Source of the DNA: Caldivirga maquilingensis IC-167 | GTDB lineage: Archaea; Thermoproteota; Thermoprotei; Thermoproteales; Thermocladiaceae | DNA length: 32,000 bases | Direction: 5' to 3' | NCBI RefSeq assembly: GCF_000018305.1 | Contig: NC_009954.1 | Coordinates: forward strand, 1,470,001 to 1,502,000 | Shown: piece by piece, positions 8,931-17,089 of the stretch | How positions within the stretch are numbered: position 1 is the first letter of the stretch | Layout: each line of letters opens with the position of its first letter | Position numbers and translations under genes: made by a program | The notes under the pieces: model-generated | What the model was told of the DNA's origin: nothing | The model's input: the letters and a program-made list of their open reading frames with translations, nothing else | Database searches by the model: none

Positions 8931-9613
8931 GTAGGCTAGTAATACCATCAATTGACTTAAGCAATGGCCTAGTGGTTAAGAGGGTGAGGGGGGTTAAGGG
9001 TAGTGAATTAGTTAAGCTAAACCTAAATGAGGCATTAAGCCTAGTTAAGGATTACCCATTCATACACGTTGTTGACTTAAATGGGGCTGAGTTAGGTAAG
9101 CCTATTAACGTGGATTCAATAGCAAAGATAGGGGCCACTGTTAACGGGAGGTGTGAGGTTGGGGGTGGGGTTAGGGTTATTGAGGATGCTGAACTACTTC
9201 TAAAATACTGCTCAAGGGTCGTACTGGGTACCGTGGCCGTGGAGAACCCAGCCTTACTGCTTAACATGATTAATAGGCTTGGGGTTGATAAGGTTGCCGT
9301 ATCCCTCGACACTGATGGTGAATGGTTAATGACGAGGGGATGGGGGGTTAGGGCTAGGAGGATAATGGATGCTTTAAGCAACCTACCCAGGGTTAGTGCA
9401 GTGATCTACACTAACGTGAGTGTTGAGGGTACTGGAATGGGGCCTAGGGTTAATGGTGAATTAGTTAAGAGGCTTAGGGATATTGGGAAGGAGGTCTACT
9501 ACGCAGGCGGCGTATCAAGTTGCAGTGACGTGGAGTACCTATGGGGCTTAGGCTTTGACGGAGTCATAATAGGCTACGCACTCTACGTTAAGGGGGTGAG
9601 GTGCAGTGCCTAG
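8927..9613 (+). CDS. hisA: ProFAR isomerase
   Basis: 228 aa starting VIPSIDLSNGLVVKRVRG. It has a (beta/alpha)8 HisA/HisF-like layout with a C-terminal GVIIGYALY. The GTG start overlaps the hisG stop by 4 nt (GTGA). Confidence 0.9.
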   Translation: MSRLVIPSIDLSNGLVVKRVRGVKGSELVKLNLNEALSLVKDYPFIHVVDLNGAELGKPINVDSIAKIGATVNGRCEVGGGVRVIEDAELLLKYCSRVVLGTVAVENPALLLNMINRLGVDKVAVSLDTDGEWLMTRGWGVRARRIMDALSNLPRVSAVIYTNVSVEGTGMGPRVNGELVKRLRDIGKEVYYAGGVSSCSDVEYLWGLGFDGVIIGYALYVKGVRCSA

Positions 9614-10184
9614 GAGCGCAGTGGTTGAGCGTAGGACTAAGGAGACTGAGGTTAAGGTTGAGTTAAGCCTAGAGCCAGGTGAGGTTAACGTTGACACACC
9701 GGTTAAGTTCCTTAACCACATGGTTGAGACACTCATATTCTACATGGGGGCCTCAGGGAGGGTTAAGGCAATTGACCTAAGGGGCTTCGATGACCATCAC
9801 GTTGTTGAGGACGTCGCCATAGTGCTTGGCTCAACCCTAGATAAGGCACTCGGCGATAGGACTGGGTTAGCTAGGTTTGGTTGGGCTATAATACCCATGG
9901 ATGATGCATTAACCCTAGCCTCAGTGGACCTGGGTGGTAGGGTTTACTTCATGTTTAAGGGCTCCTTCACAAGGGAGACCGTGGGCGACATGGCTACTGA
10001 AATGGTGCCCCACTTCATTAGGAGCCTAGCCTCATCACTCAGGGCTACAATACACGTTAACGTAATGTGGGGTGAGAATAACCACCACATAGCCGAGTCC
10101 GTGTTTAAGGCATTGGGCTTAGCCATTGGTCAAGCGATACAGGTTAAGGGTGGTGGAGTACCGAGTTTGAAGGGGGTTTTATGA
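9606..10184 (+). CDS. hisB: Imidazoleglycerol-phosphate dehydratase
   Basis: 192 aa with RRTKETEVKVELSL, DDHHVVEDVAI and ENNHHIAES motifs. The GTG start overlaps the hisA end by 8 nt. Confidence 0.9.
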   Translation: MPRSAVVERRTKETEVKVELSLEPGEVNVDTPVKFLNHMVETLIFYMGASGRVKAIDLRGFDDHHVVEDVAIVLGSTLDKALGDRTGLARFGWAIIPMDDALTLASVDLGGRVYFMFKGSFTRETVGDMATEMVPHFIRSLASSLRATIHVNVMWGENNHHIAESVFKALGLAIGQAIQVKGGGVPSLKGVL

Positions 10185-10945
10185 CTAGGCCAATTGGATT
10201 GGTTAGGCGTATAATACCCTGCATGGATGTTGACGCAGACATTGTGGTTAAGGGGGTTAACTTCGAGGGGCTTAGGGTAATGGGTGATCCAGTGGAGTTG
10301 GCTTCAAGGTATGAGGAGGAGGGGGCTGATGAATTATTCCTACTAGACATAACCGCCACAGTGCAGGGTAGGTCAACATTCCTTGAAACAGTACGCAACG
10401 TGGCCGCTGCAGTAAGCATACCCCTAGGGGTTGGTGGGGGTATTAGGGGTATGGAGGATGCTGACGCAGCCTTCAAGGCTGGTGCAGATAAAGTTAGTAT
10501 CAATACTGCAGCGGTTAAGGATCCCAGCATAGTGGCTAAGTTATCTAGGGAGTATGGGTCCCAGTCAGTGGTTGTTGCAATTGACACCAGGAGGATTAAT
10601 AATGAGTGGAGGGTTTTCATAATGGGGGGTAGGCGGGAAACACTACTTAACGCCGTTGATTGGGCTAGAACAGTTGAGGAGCTTGGGGCCGGGGAATTAC
10701 TGGTGACTAGTATTGATGCTGATGGAACCAGGGCAGGCTACGATATTGAATTATACAGGAGGTTGGCTGATGCAGTTAACATACCGGTAATAGCAAGTGG
10801 AGGTGCTGGGGAGCCTAGTCACTTCCTTGAGGTTCTTAAGTACGCTGATGCTGCATTGGCTGCAAGCGTGTTTCACATGGGTGTAATAAACATCTCGATA
10901 CTCAAAGCCTACTTATCAGAGTTAGGCATTAGGGTACGCATTTAG
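10181..10945 (+). CDS. hisF: Imidazole glycerol phosphate synthase, cyclase subunit
   Basis: 254 aa with RIIPCMDV, GADELFLLDITA, PLGVGGGIR and IASGGAG motifs. ATGA overlap with the hisB stop. Confidence 0.92.
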   Translation: MTRPIGLVRRIIPCMDVDADIVVKGVNFEGLRVMGDPVELASRYEEEGADELFLLDITATVQGRSTFLETVRNVAAAVSIPLGVGGGIRGMEDADAAFKAGADKVSINTAAVKDPSIVAKLSREYGSQSVVVAIDTRRINNEWRVFIMGGRRETLLNAVDWARTVEELGAGELLVTSIDADGTRAGYDIELYRRLADAVNIPVIASGGAGEPSHFLEVLKYADAALAASVFHMGVINISILKAYLSELGIRVRI

Positions 10946-10946
10946 C

Positions 10947-11333
10947 CTATAAATGAATCCTATTCACGTACCTGGCGTCGAAACAGGACCTAGTACCTAG
11001 GTGGCATGCGTTACCCACTTGGTAAACCTTAAGCAGTAATGCATCACCATCGCAGTCAATCCTGTAATCAATTAAATACTGGTAGTGGCCGCTTGTCTCC
11101 CCCTTTAACCAAAGCCTCCTACGGCTTAGGGACCAGTAGTGAACCATTCCTGTGGTTAATGTTTTGAAAACGGCTTCCTTATTCATGTTCGCAACCATTA
11201 ACACATCCTTAGTTAAGTAATCCTGGGCCACGGCCACGACGGTTCCATCAGTATGCCTATACAGTAGGGATTCAGCAATCTTAGAAGCCTCCTCTGGGCT
11301 TAACTTAAGTACATTAACACCATTAGGCAGCAT
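10947..11333 (-). CDS. hisI: Phosphoribosyl-AMP cyclohydrolase
   Basis: 128 aa with KGETSGHYQYLIDYRIDCDGDALLLKVYQVGNACHLGTRSCF, the Zn/Cys signature of HisI. It is monofunctional, with hisE separate. Confidence 0.9.
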   Translation of the reverse strand: MLPNGVNVLKLSPEEASKIAESLLYRHTDGTVVAVAQDYLTKDVLMVANMNKEAVFKTLTTGMVHYWSLSRRRLWLKGETSGHYQYLIDYRIDCDGDALLLKVYQVGNACHLGTRSCFDARYVNRIHL

Positions 11334-11381
11334 TAATGAAGCCTAATTAAGGCTGCTTTAAAACATTATTGAAACCATGAT

Positions 11382-11999
11382 TCACCTCCTAGCTAAATTA
11401 ACTAAGCCATTCAGAATACTTAAGCCTAATTTCCCACTCTTCTCAGGGTGGAATTGGGTACCGTAGGTGGCGTTACCCTCATCGCAGAGTACGCTCAGTA
11501 TTGTTGAGTCACCGTACTTAGTGAAGCCGACAAATGGGGGTTCATTAACCGGGTTAACCACTGCGTAACTATGCATGAAGTAGTAGTAACCCCTAGCCAC
11601 CCCTAGGTTACAATCCCCACTTAACTTAACGTAATCCCAACCAATGTGAGGCACCCTTGGCCCCCTAATCCTATTAACCCAACCATCATACCAACCCAAG
11701 CCCCTTAACTCCCCCTCATCACTACCCTTGAACATTAACTGTAGGCCTAGGCATATGCCCAATATGGGTGAACTCCCCCTAACCCTGTTTAATTCATCAG
11801 TTAACCTACTTAAATTAACCATAGCTGAGTTAAAGGAACCAACCCCAGGGAGTATTACGGCGTCCACGCTCCTTAAGTCAGCGGTATTATTGATTAATAG
11901 TGGTTCAGCCTCAATCCTACGTAGGGCATTGAAGATGCTTCCAACATTACCCACACCGTAGTTAACAACCCCAACCTTAACCACTCCCCTCACCCTCAT
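11382..11999 (-). CDS. hisH: Imidazole glycerol phosphate synthase, glutamine amidotransferase subunit
   Basis: 205 aa with ILPGVGSF, GICLGLQLMF (nucleophile Cys) and QFHPEKS. The annotated ATG overlaps the hisE 3' end by 23 nt, and an internal GTG a few codons in is possible. Confidence 0.9.
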   Translation of the reverse strand: MRVRGVVKVGVVNYGVGNVGSIFNALRRIEAEPLLINNTADLRSVDAVILPGVGSFNSAMVNLSRLTDELNRVRGSSPILGICLGLQLMFKGSDEGELRGLGWYDGWVNRIRGPRVPHIGWDYVKLSGDCNLGVARGYYYFMHSYAVVNPVNEPPFVGFTKYGDSTILSVLCDEGNATYGTQFHPEKSGKLGLSILNGLVNLARR

Positions 12000-12279
12000 G
12001 CCTCCTCCTCAACTCCCTGCATATGTCGCTTAAACTAAGCCCCATAACCCTCAGTAGGACTAGTAGATGATACATTAGGTCAGCTGACTCCCTAACAACC
12101 CAATCCTTATCCTTAGCCATAGCCGCCACGGCAACCTCCACAGCCTCCTCACCCACCTTCTTACTGATTAAACTAACCCCACCCACGTAGAGTGAGTAAG
12201 TGTAACTACCCTGCCTCTTAGTCTTAATTCTATCATCAATCACGCCCTCCAGCACCTTAAGGAAGTCGCAATCATCCAC
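11977..12279 (-). CDS. hisE: Phosphoribosyl-ATP pyrophosphohydrolase
   Basis: 100 aa with GSYTYSLY...KKVGEEAVEVAVAA...ESADLMYHLLVLL, the MazG-like HisE pattern. GTG start at 12279. Confidence 0.85.
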   Translation of the reverse strand: MDDCDFLKVLEGVIDDRIKTKRQGSYTYSLYVGGVSLISKKVGEEAVEVAVAAMAKDKDWVVRESADLMYHLLVLLRVMGLSLSDICRELRRRHEGEGSG

Positions 12280-12289
12280 CTAGGCATTA

Positions 12290-12318
12290 TTAGGCAACGG
12301 TATAAATGCTTTGCCTAA
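12290..12318 (-). promoter_or_regulatory. Perfect 8-bp inverted repeat bracketing a TATA box upstream of hisE
   Basis: TTAGGCAA (12290-12297) and TTGCCTAA (12311-12318) are exact reverse complements. The 13-nt spacer contains TATAAA (12301-12306; TTTATA on the minus strand), about 24 nt upstream of the hisE GTG. A third TAGGCA half-site lies at 12281-12286. Confidence 0.45.
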
Positions 12319-12347
12319 ATAAACACCAGGTACTTTGCTTGAGGGTT

Positions 12348-13547
12348 TCACTCCTCGTTAATCCAATTCGTTAATGCCTCTGAATGCCTCCTAAACCCCT
12401 CCCTTAAACCCAGTACTGCCCCTAATTCACCAAGCCTCCTAGCCTCATCCCCACTGGTGGGTTCCACGTAGGCTATGGGTTTCATGAAGTCCATTGGCGT
12501 TAAAACACCCCTCCACCTAGCTGAACCACCCGTGGGCAGGACGTGGCTTGGCCCAGCGGCGTAATCCACTAGGGCTGAGGGAGCCATTATTGATACTGCC
12601 CCAGCATTCCTAATACCCTCAATGGGTATTTTAACACCCCATATTGATGCATGCTCCGGCGCCACCTCATTAATCACGTTAACGCATTCACTAGGTTCAT
12701 TAACCAGTGTTGAGAAGTATGGTGCATTAGTTAACTTACTTAACTCATCTTCAATAGCCGTTAAGTACCCTTCACTCCAAGTAACCACCACACCCACTGC
12801 CCCGGCGTGCTCAAGTTGAGCAGCCAAGTCCAGGGCCACGGTGATTGGTTTAATACCTGGGTCAGCGCAGGTTACTAATTCAGTGGGTCCTTCTACACCA
12901 TCAATACCCACGTGGCTTGAAACCAGTAGCTTAGCCGCCTGCACGTAGGCGTTACCTGGACCAATAATCTTATCCACCCTTGGCACCGACTCGGTGCCGA
13001 AGGCTAATGCAGCCACGGCCTGCGCCCCACCAACCCTGAAAACCCTTGCATTCAACCTTAAGGCCACGTAGGCGATTTCAGGATCAATTAAGCCATCACG
13101 CCTAGGTGGTGTCACAGCAATTATCTCCTCAACACCAGCCACCTTAGCTAAGACCCCTGTCATAACCAGTGTTGAGAAGTAGCCCTTAGGCACGTATAAG
13201 CCAACTCTACTTAAAGGCACCCACTTAACCCCCCTCCTCAAGCCCCTGTGGTAATCCTCAAAGTCCCTTGGCTTAACACCAGTATTGAAAGACTCCACCG
13301 AGGCCATTACCTCATCCAAAGCCTCCCTAACCCTTGGCTCAATACCACTGGCTAATGCCCTCAATTCACTTTGACTCAACTCAATGGAGCTTAACTTAAC
13401 GCCATCCAGTTCACTTGTTAATCTGAGTAATGCCTCATCACCATGCTCCTTAACATCATTAATAATACCCCTAACCCTATCAACGTACTGATCCATGTCG
13501 GTGGCCTTCCTTAAGAGGCTTAGTAAATCCCCCCTACTAACCCTCAC
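12348..13547 (-). CDS. hisD: Histidinol dehydrogenase
   Basis: 399 aa with IGPGNAYVQAAK, VEGPTELV, AAQLEHAG and GPSHVLPTGG motifs. GTG start at 13547; ATG at codon 18 is an alternative. Confidence 0.9.
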   Translation of the reverse strand: MRVSRGDLLSLLRKATDMDQYVDRVRGIINDVKEHGDEALLRLTSELDGVKLSSIELSQSELRALASGIEPRVREALDEVMASVESFNTGVKPRDFEDYHRGLRRGVKWVPLSRVGLYVPKGYFSTLVMTGVLAKVAGVEEIIAVTPPRRDGLIDPEIAYVALRLNARVFRVGGAQAVAALAFGTESVPRVDKIIGPGNAYVQAAKLLVSSHVGIDGVEGPTELVTCADPGIKPITVALDLAAQLEHAGAVGVVVTWSEGYLTAIEDELSKLTNAPYFSTLVNEPSECVNVINEVAPEHASIWGVKIPIEGIRNAGAVSIMAPSALVDYAAGPSHVLPTGGSARWRGVLTPMDFMKPIAYVEPTSGDEARRLGELGAVLGLREGFRRHSEALTNWINEE

Positions 13548-13766
13548 AATACCCCGGCACCCAACTGCTTAATAATGTATTGCACCTTGAATAATACTTC
13601 TAAAACGGGTTCAAGCAACTAGTGGGTAAGCCTCATGGGTTAGGGTTCTTAACATAGGCTTCCATGGAGAGAAGGTTGAGTGAGGGAAGGTGAATTAGGG
13701 GGAAGCTTATGATAAGCCGGTGAAGCATACCTACGTTGCTTATTAACCCCTAGCACGTGCATTCTT

Positions 13767-15087
13767 ATGCTTGCAGCAACCTCCCCCAGTGACTTAGATT
13801 CATTTGGCGGCTGTAAATGCCTTACTGCAGTCTCAAGGGGCTTCTTCTACGTAACCAGGATTAACGGTAGGTGGTTCCTCATTGACCCGGATGGTTTCGC
13901 ATTCATAATCAGGGGTGTTAACTACGTTAGGTTTAATGCTGATGTCTCAATAAATGGTGATGTACCCTACACTGAGAATGCATTGAGGAAGTATGGTTCA
14001 AGGGAGGCTTGGGTTAAGGCCACTGCAAGTAGGCTTAGGGAGTGGGGGTTCAACACCCTTGGGGCTTGGTCAGACATTGACCTAGGTATACCGTACACCG
14101 TGATCCTCAGCGTAACACCAAGCTACTATAGGCTTAAGGGTGGTTCCTTAGCCAGGAGGACGCTTGTCCTAGCCAGGAACCCTGAGGTGCTTTGGCAACC
14201 ATTCGGCACATTCCCAGACGTATACGACCCGGATTTCGTTAAAGCCGCTGAATCAGCGGCCTCACAGTTAAGTAAGCCTAAGGACCCAATGCTGGTTGGT
14301 TACTTCACTGATAATGAAGTTGACTTCAACCCAGAGGTCATTTTCGCTGAGTACGCCGACATGACGCCGGGTGAACCAGGTAAGGTTGAGTTCATTAGGG
14401 CATTAGCCAGTTACTTTAATAATGATGTTAAGGAATTCAACTCCAGGACCGGGATGAGGATTAAGGGCTTTGATGATTTAATGGATTATAAGTACAGGGA
14501 GCTTCAGGTTATTGAGGCTAAGGCACCAGTTAAGGATTCATTAAGAGGCTTTAAGACAACCTTCGCCAAGCAGGTTGCCTCAAGGTATAGTGAGGTTACT
14601 GTTAATGCGATTAGGAAATTCGACCCGAATCACCTGGTTCTAGGTGACCGTAGACCCGGTGCCAATGGTAAGGAGGCGGTTGAGGGTTTTTAGGTACTAT
14701 GATGCATTATCCATAAACTACTATGGTGAAGATCCACCAGTGGGGTATTTTAACTACGTGCACCTTAAGACTGGTAAGCCAATACTTCTAAGTGAATTCA
14801 GTTTCAGGGCTAGGGATACTGGGCACCCTAACACTAGGGGTGCTGGTGTAATCCTTAATACCCAGGCGGAGAGGGCTAGGTATGTTGAGTACTGGATACC
14901 CACGCTACTGGAGCAGGGTTACTTCATTGGTTATCTTTGGTGGGAGTACATGGATGAGCCTTTTGATGGAAGGAGGCCTGATGCTGAGGACGGTAACTAC
15001 GGCCTAGTTAACCTAAGTGATGAACCCTATGTTGAATTAATTAACGTATTTAAGGGAGTTAATTCACTATTCCCCAAGGTGTCTTAA
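13767..15087 (+). pseudogene. Clan GH-A-like (TIM-barrel) glycoside hydrolase gene split by a +1 frameshift at a T5 run (ORFs 13767..14693 and 14644..15087)
   Basis: The first ORF has GVNYV, WGFNTLGAWSD and YFTDNEVDF (a candidate acid/base NE). The second has ALSINYY and ILLSEFSF (a candidate nucleophile E) plus WWEYMDEP. The two halves read as one protein if one T of TTTTT (14687-14691) is skipped: ...KEAVEGF|RYYDALSINYY... The exact GH family is not determinable by eye. Confidence 0.6.
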
Positions 15088-15863
15088 TGTACCCGGATTT
15101 GAGGGGTAAGGTTGTTATCGTAACCGGTGGCTCAAGTGGAATCGGTCTAGCCATAGTGAGGAGGTTCATTGAGGAGGGTTCACTCGTGGTTAACTTTGAT
15201 GTTAAGGAGCCTAGGGATAATGCGTCAGAGTTCATTAAGGTTGATGTTTCAAACCACGGGGAGGTTAATGATGCGGTTAATAGGGTTGCTGGTAAGTATA
15301 ATCGCATTGATGTTCTAGTTAACAACGCTGGTATTGAGCTTTACGGTAGGGTTCATGACATTGATTTAAGAGACTGGAATAGGGTTATTAACGTTAATGT
15401 AAATGGCGCCTTCTACATGGCTAGGAGTGTAATACCCATTATGCTTAAGACTGGGGGTGGGGTTATTATAAATGTTGCCTCAGTCCAGTCAACAGTAGCC
15501 ACCAGGAATGCGGCTGCGTACGTGGTTTCCAAGCACGCACTACTGGGTTTAACTAGAGCAATAGCTGTTGACTACGCACCATTAATTAGGGCTGTTGCTG
15601 TGTGTCCAGGATCAATACTAACGCCATTGCTCGTATGGGCTGCTGAACTTGAGGTTGGTCATGATGAGGAGGCCATTAGACGCAAGATTAACGAGTGGGG
15701 TAGCCTACACCCAATGGGTAGGGTTGGTGAACCGGAGGAGGTTGCCAACGTGGTAGCGTTCCTAGCTTCGCAGCAGGCATCATTCATAACGGGCACATGC
15801 GTCTACGTGGATGGTGGATTAACAGCATTATTACCACAATCAACACCAAGGCCGAAAACGTAA
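15087..15863 (+). CDS. Short-chain dehydrogenase/reductase (classical SDR, FabG/glucose-dehydrogenase-like)
   Basis: 258 aa with VTGGSSGIGLAI (TGxxxGxG), NNAG and YVVSKHAL (YxxxK). The ATG overlaps the upstream stop (TAATG), which implies translational coupling to the GH 3' half. Confidence 0.85.
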   Translation: MYPDLRGKVVIVTGGSSGIGLAIVRRFIEEGSLVVNFDVKEPRDNASEFIKVDVSNHGEVNDAVNRVAGKYNRIDVLVNNAGIELYGRVHDIDLRDWNRVINVNVNGAFYMARSVIPIMLKTGGGVIINVASVQSTVATRNAAAYVVSKHALLGLTRAIAVDYAPLIRAVAVCPGSILTPLLVWAAELEVGHDEEAIRRKINEWGSLHPMGRVGEPEEVANVVAFLASQQASFITGTCVYVDGGLTALLPQSTPRPKT

Positions 15864-15889
15864 TTAAGCGTTATCAACATAACCCACTT

Positions 15890-15924
15890 ACTTAACTTAA
15901 AATTTATTTAGCTTCAAGTTAAGT
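15890..15924 (+). promoter_or_regulatory. Perfect 9-bp inverted repeat bracketing the TATA-like element upstream of hisC
   Basis: ACTTAACTT (15890-15898) and AAGTTAAGT (15916-15924) are exact reverse complements. The 17-nt spacer AAAATTTATTTAGCTTC holds a TATA-like / oligo-T tract centred about 26 nt upstream of the hisC GTG (15931) and about 40 nt downstream of the SDR stop. Confidence 0.45.
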
Positions 15925-15930
15925 CGATGC

Positions 15931-16992
15931 GTGGCTAAATGGAGGGATGTCCTAGGTATTGGTTTCTACGAGGAACCTAACGTTGGGTTTAATGCGTATA
16001 GGCTTCACTTCAATGAGAACCTATTCCTACCCAGGGAGTACTATGAAAGCATCCTCAGTGTATTACTGGATCCTGACTTAATTAGGTACTACACCGAGCC
16101 CCTTAACCCAACACTTAACGAGCTCATAGCCAAACACATTAACGTGGATGCTGGCAACGTATTCGCCACTGCTGGTGGTGATGAGGGTATTAGGCTACTT
16201 ACCCAATTCGCACTGCACGGTAACCGTAAACTACTCATCATTGAACCCACCTACTCAATGCCTAGAGCCATCGCTGAATCCATGGGTATTAGGGTTGAGG
16301 AATCAGTGCTTAACCCAGACTACCAACTTAATGTTGAGGATATTGTTAAGAAGAGTCATGATGCTGACGTAGTCTACTTATGCAACCCAAATAACCCAAC
16401 CGGTAACGTATTCAATAAGAGTGATATCGAGTACTTGGCTTCAAGGCTCAACTCACTCATAATCATTGATGAAGCCTACGCCGACTTCGCAGGCCTCACT
16501 CTAATTAACTTAATTAAACATTACGATAATGTTGCTGTTGTTAGGACATTCTCAAAGGCATGGGGACTGGCTGGGCTTAGGATTGGTTATGTTGTAGGCT
16601 CCGAGGTAATTATTGAGGGGCTTAGGAGGATTTCACTACCACACAATATACCATACCCATCAATAGCCATGTTAAGTAAGGCACTACAGCTTAGGCATTA
16701 TGTTGAGGAGAGTATACGTGAAATGATTAAGGTTAGGGAGTATTTGTATGGGAGGTTTAGTGAACTAGGTCTAAGACCATTAGGTTCAGTGACCAACTTC
16801 ATAACATTCCACGTGTTTAAGCCGAATGAAGTGTATGAGGGGTTGTTTAAGAGGGGCTTCATACTAAGGAACCTAAGCGGTAAAGTAATGTGTGAGGACT
16901 GCTTGAGAGCAACAATACCACCAATGCATATTGCTGAGGAATTAATTAATAACTTGGAGGCATTAATGAAGTCTCACCTAATGGATACTTAA
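15931..16992 (+). CDS. hisC: Histidinol-phosphate aminotransferase
   Basis: 353 aa with class-II aminotransferase motifs: CNPNNPTG, IIDEAYADF and RTFSKAWGLAGLRIGY (PLP lysine). Confidence 0.85.
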   Translation: MAKWRDVLGIGFYEEPNVGFNAYRLHFNENLFLPREYYESILSVLLDPDLIRYYTEPLNPTLNELIAKHINVDAGNVFATAGGDEGIRLLTQFALHGNRKLLIIEPTYSMPRAIAESMGIRVEESVLNPDYQLNVEDIVKKSHDADVVYLCNPNNPTGNVFNKSDIEYLASRLNSLIIIDEAYADFAGLTLINLIKHYDNVAVVRTFSKAWGLAGLRIGYVVGSEVIIEGLRRISLPHNIPYPSIAMLSKALQLRHYVEESIREMIKVREYLYGRFSELGLRPLGSVTNFITFHVFKPNEVYEGLFKRGFILRNLSGKVMCEDCLRATIPPMHIAEELINNLEALMKSHLMDT

Positions 16993-17089
16993 TTTATTTA
17001 TTAATTACATTCTAATGTGAAGAACCATATTACTCAATAGTTTCAGATATTGGAATAAAACTTAAATACTTTATATTTTTACCCACTTG

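Noticed and set aside
8444-10620. Antisense ORFs within his genes (8444..8815, 9052..9381, 9548..9736, 9944..10126, 10144..10620)
   Set aside because: They lie opposite well-supported hisG/A/B/F frames. Their Ser/Thr/Leu/Pro-rich composition is typical of the complement of GNN-rich codons, and they carry no motifs.
14644-15087. Treating 14644..15087 as an independent GTG-initiated gene
   Set aside because: Its first about 15 codons (MTVDPVPMVRRRLRVF) overlap the better-conserved end of the upstream frame. The sequence only makes sense as the C-terminal half (nucleophile region) of the same TIM-barrel hydrolase.
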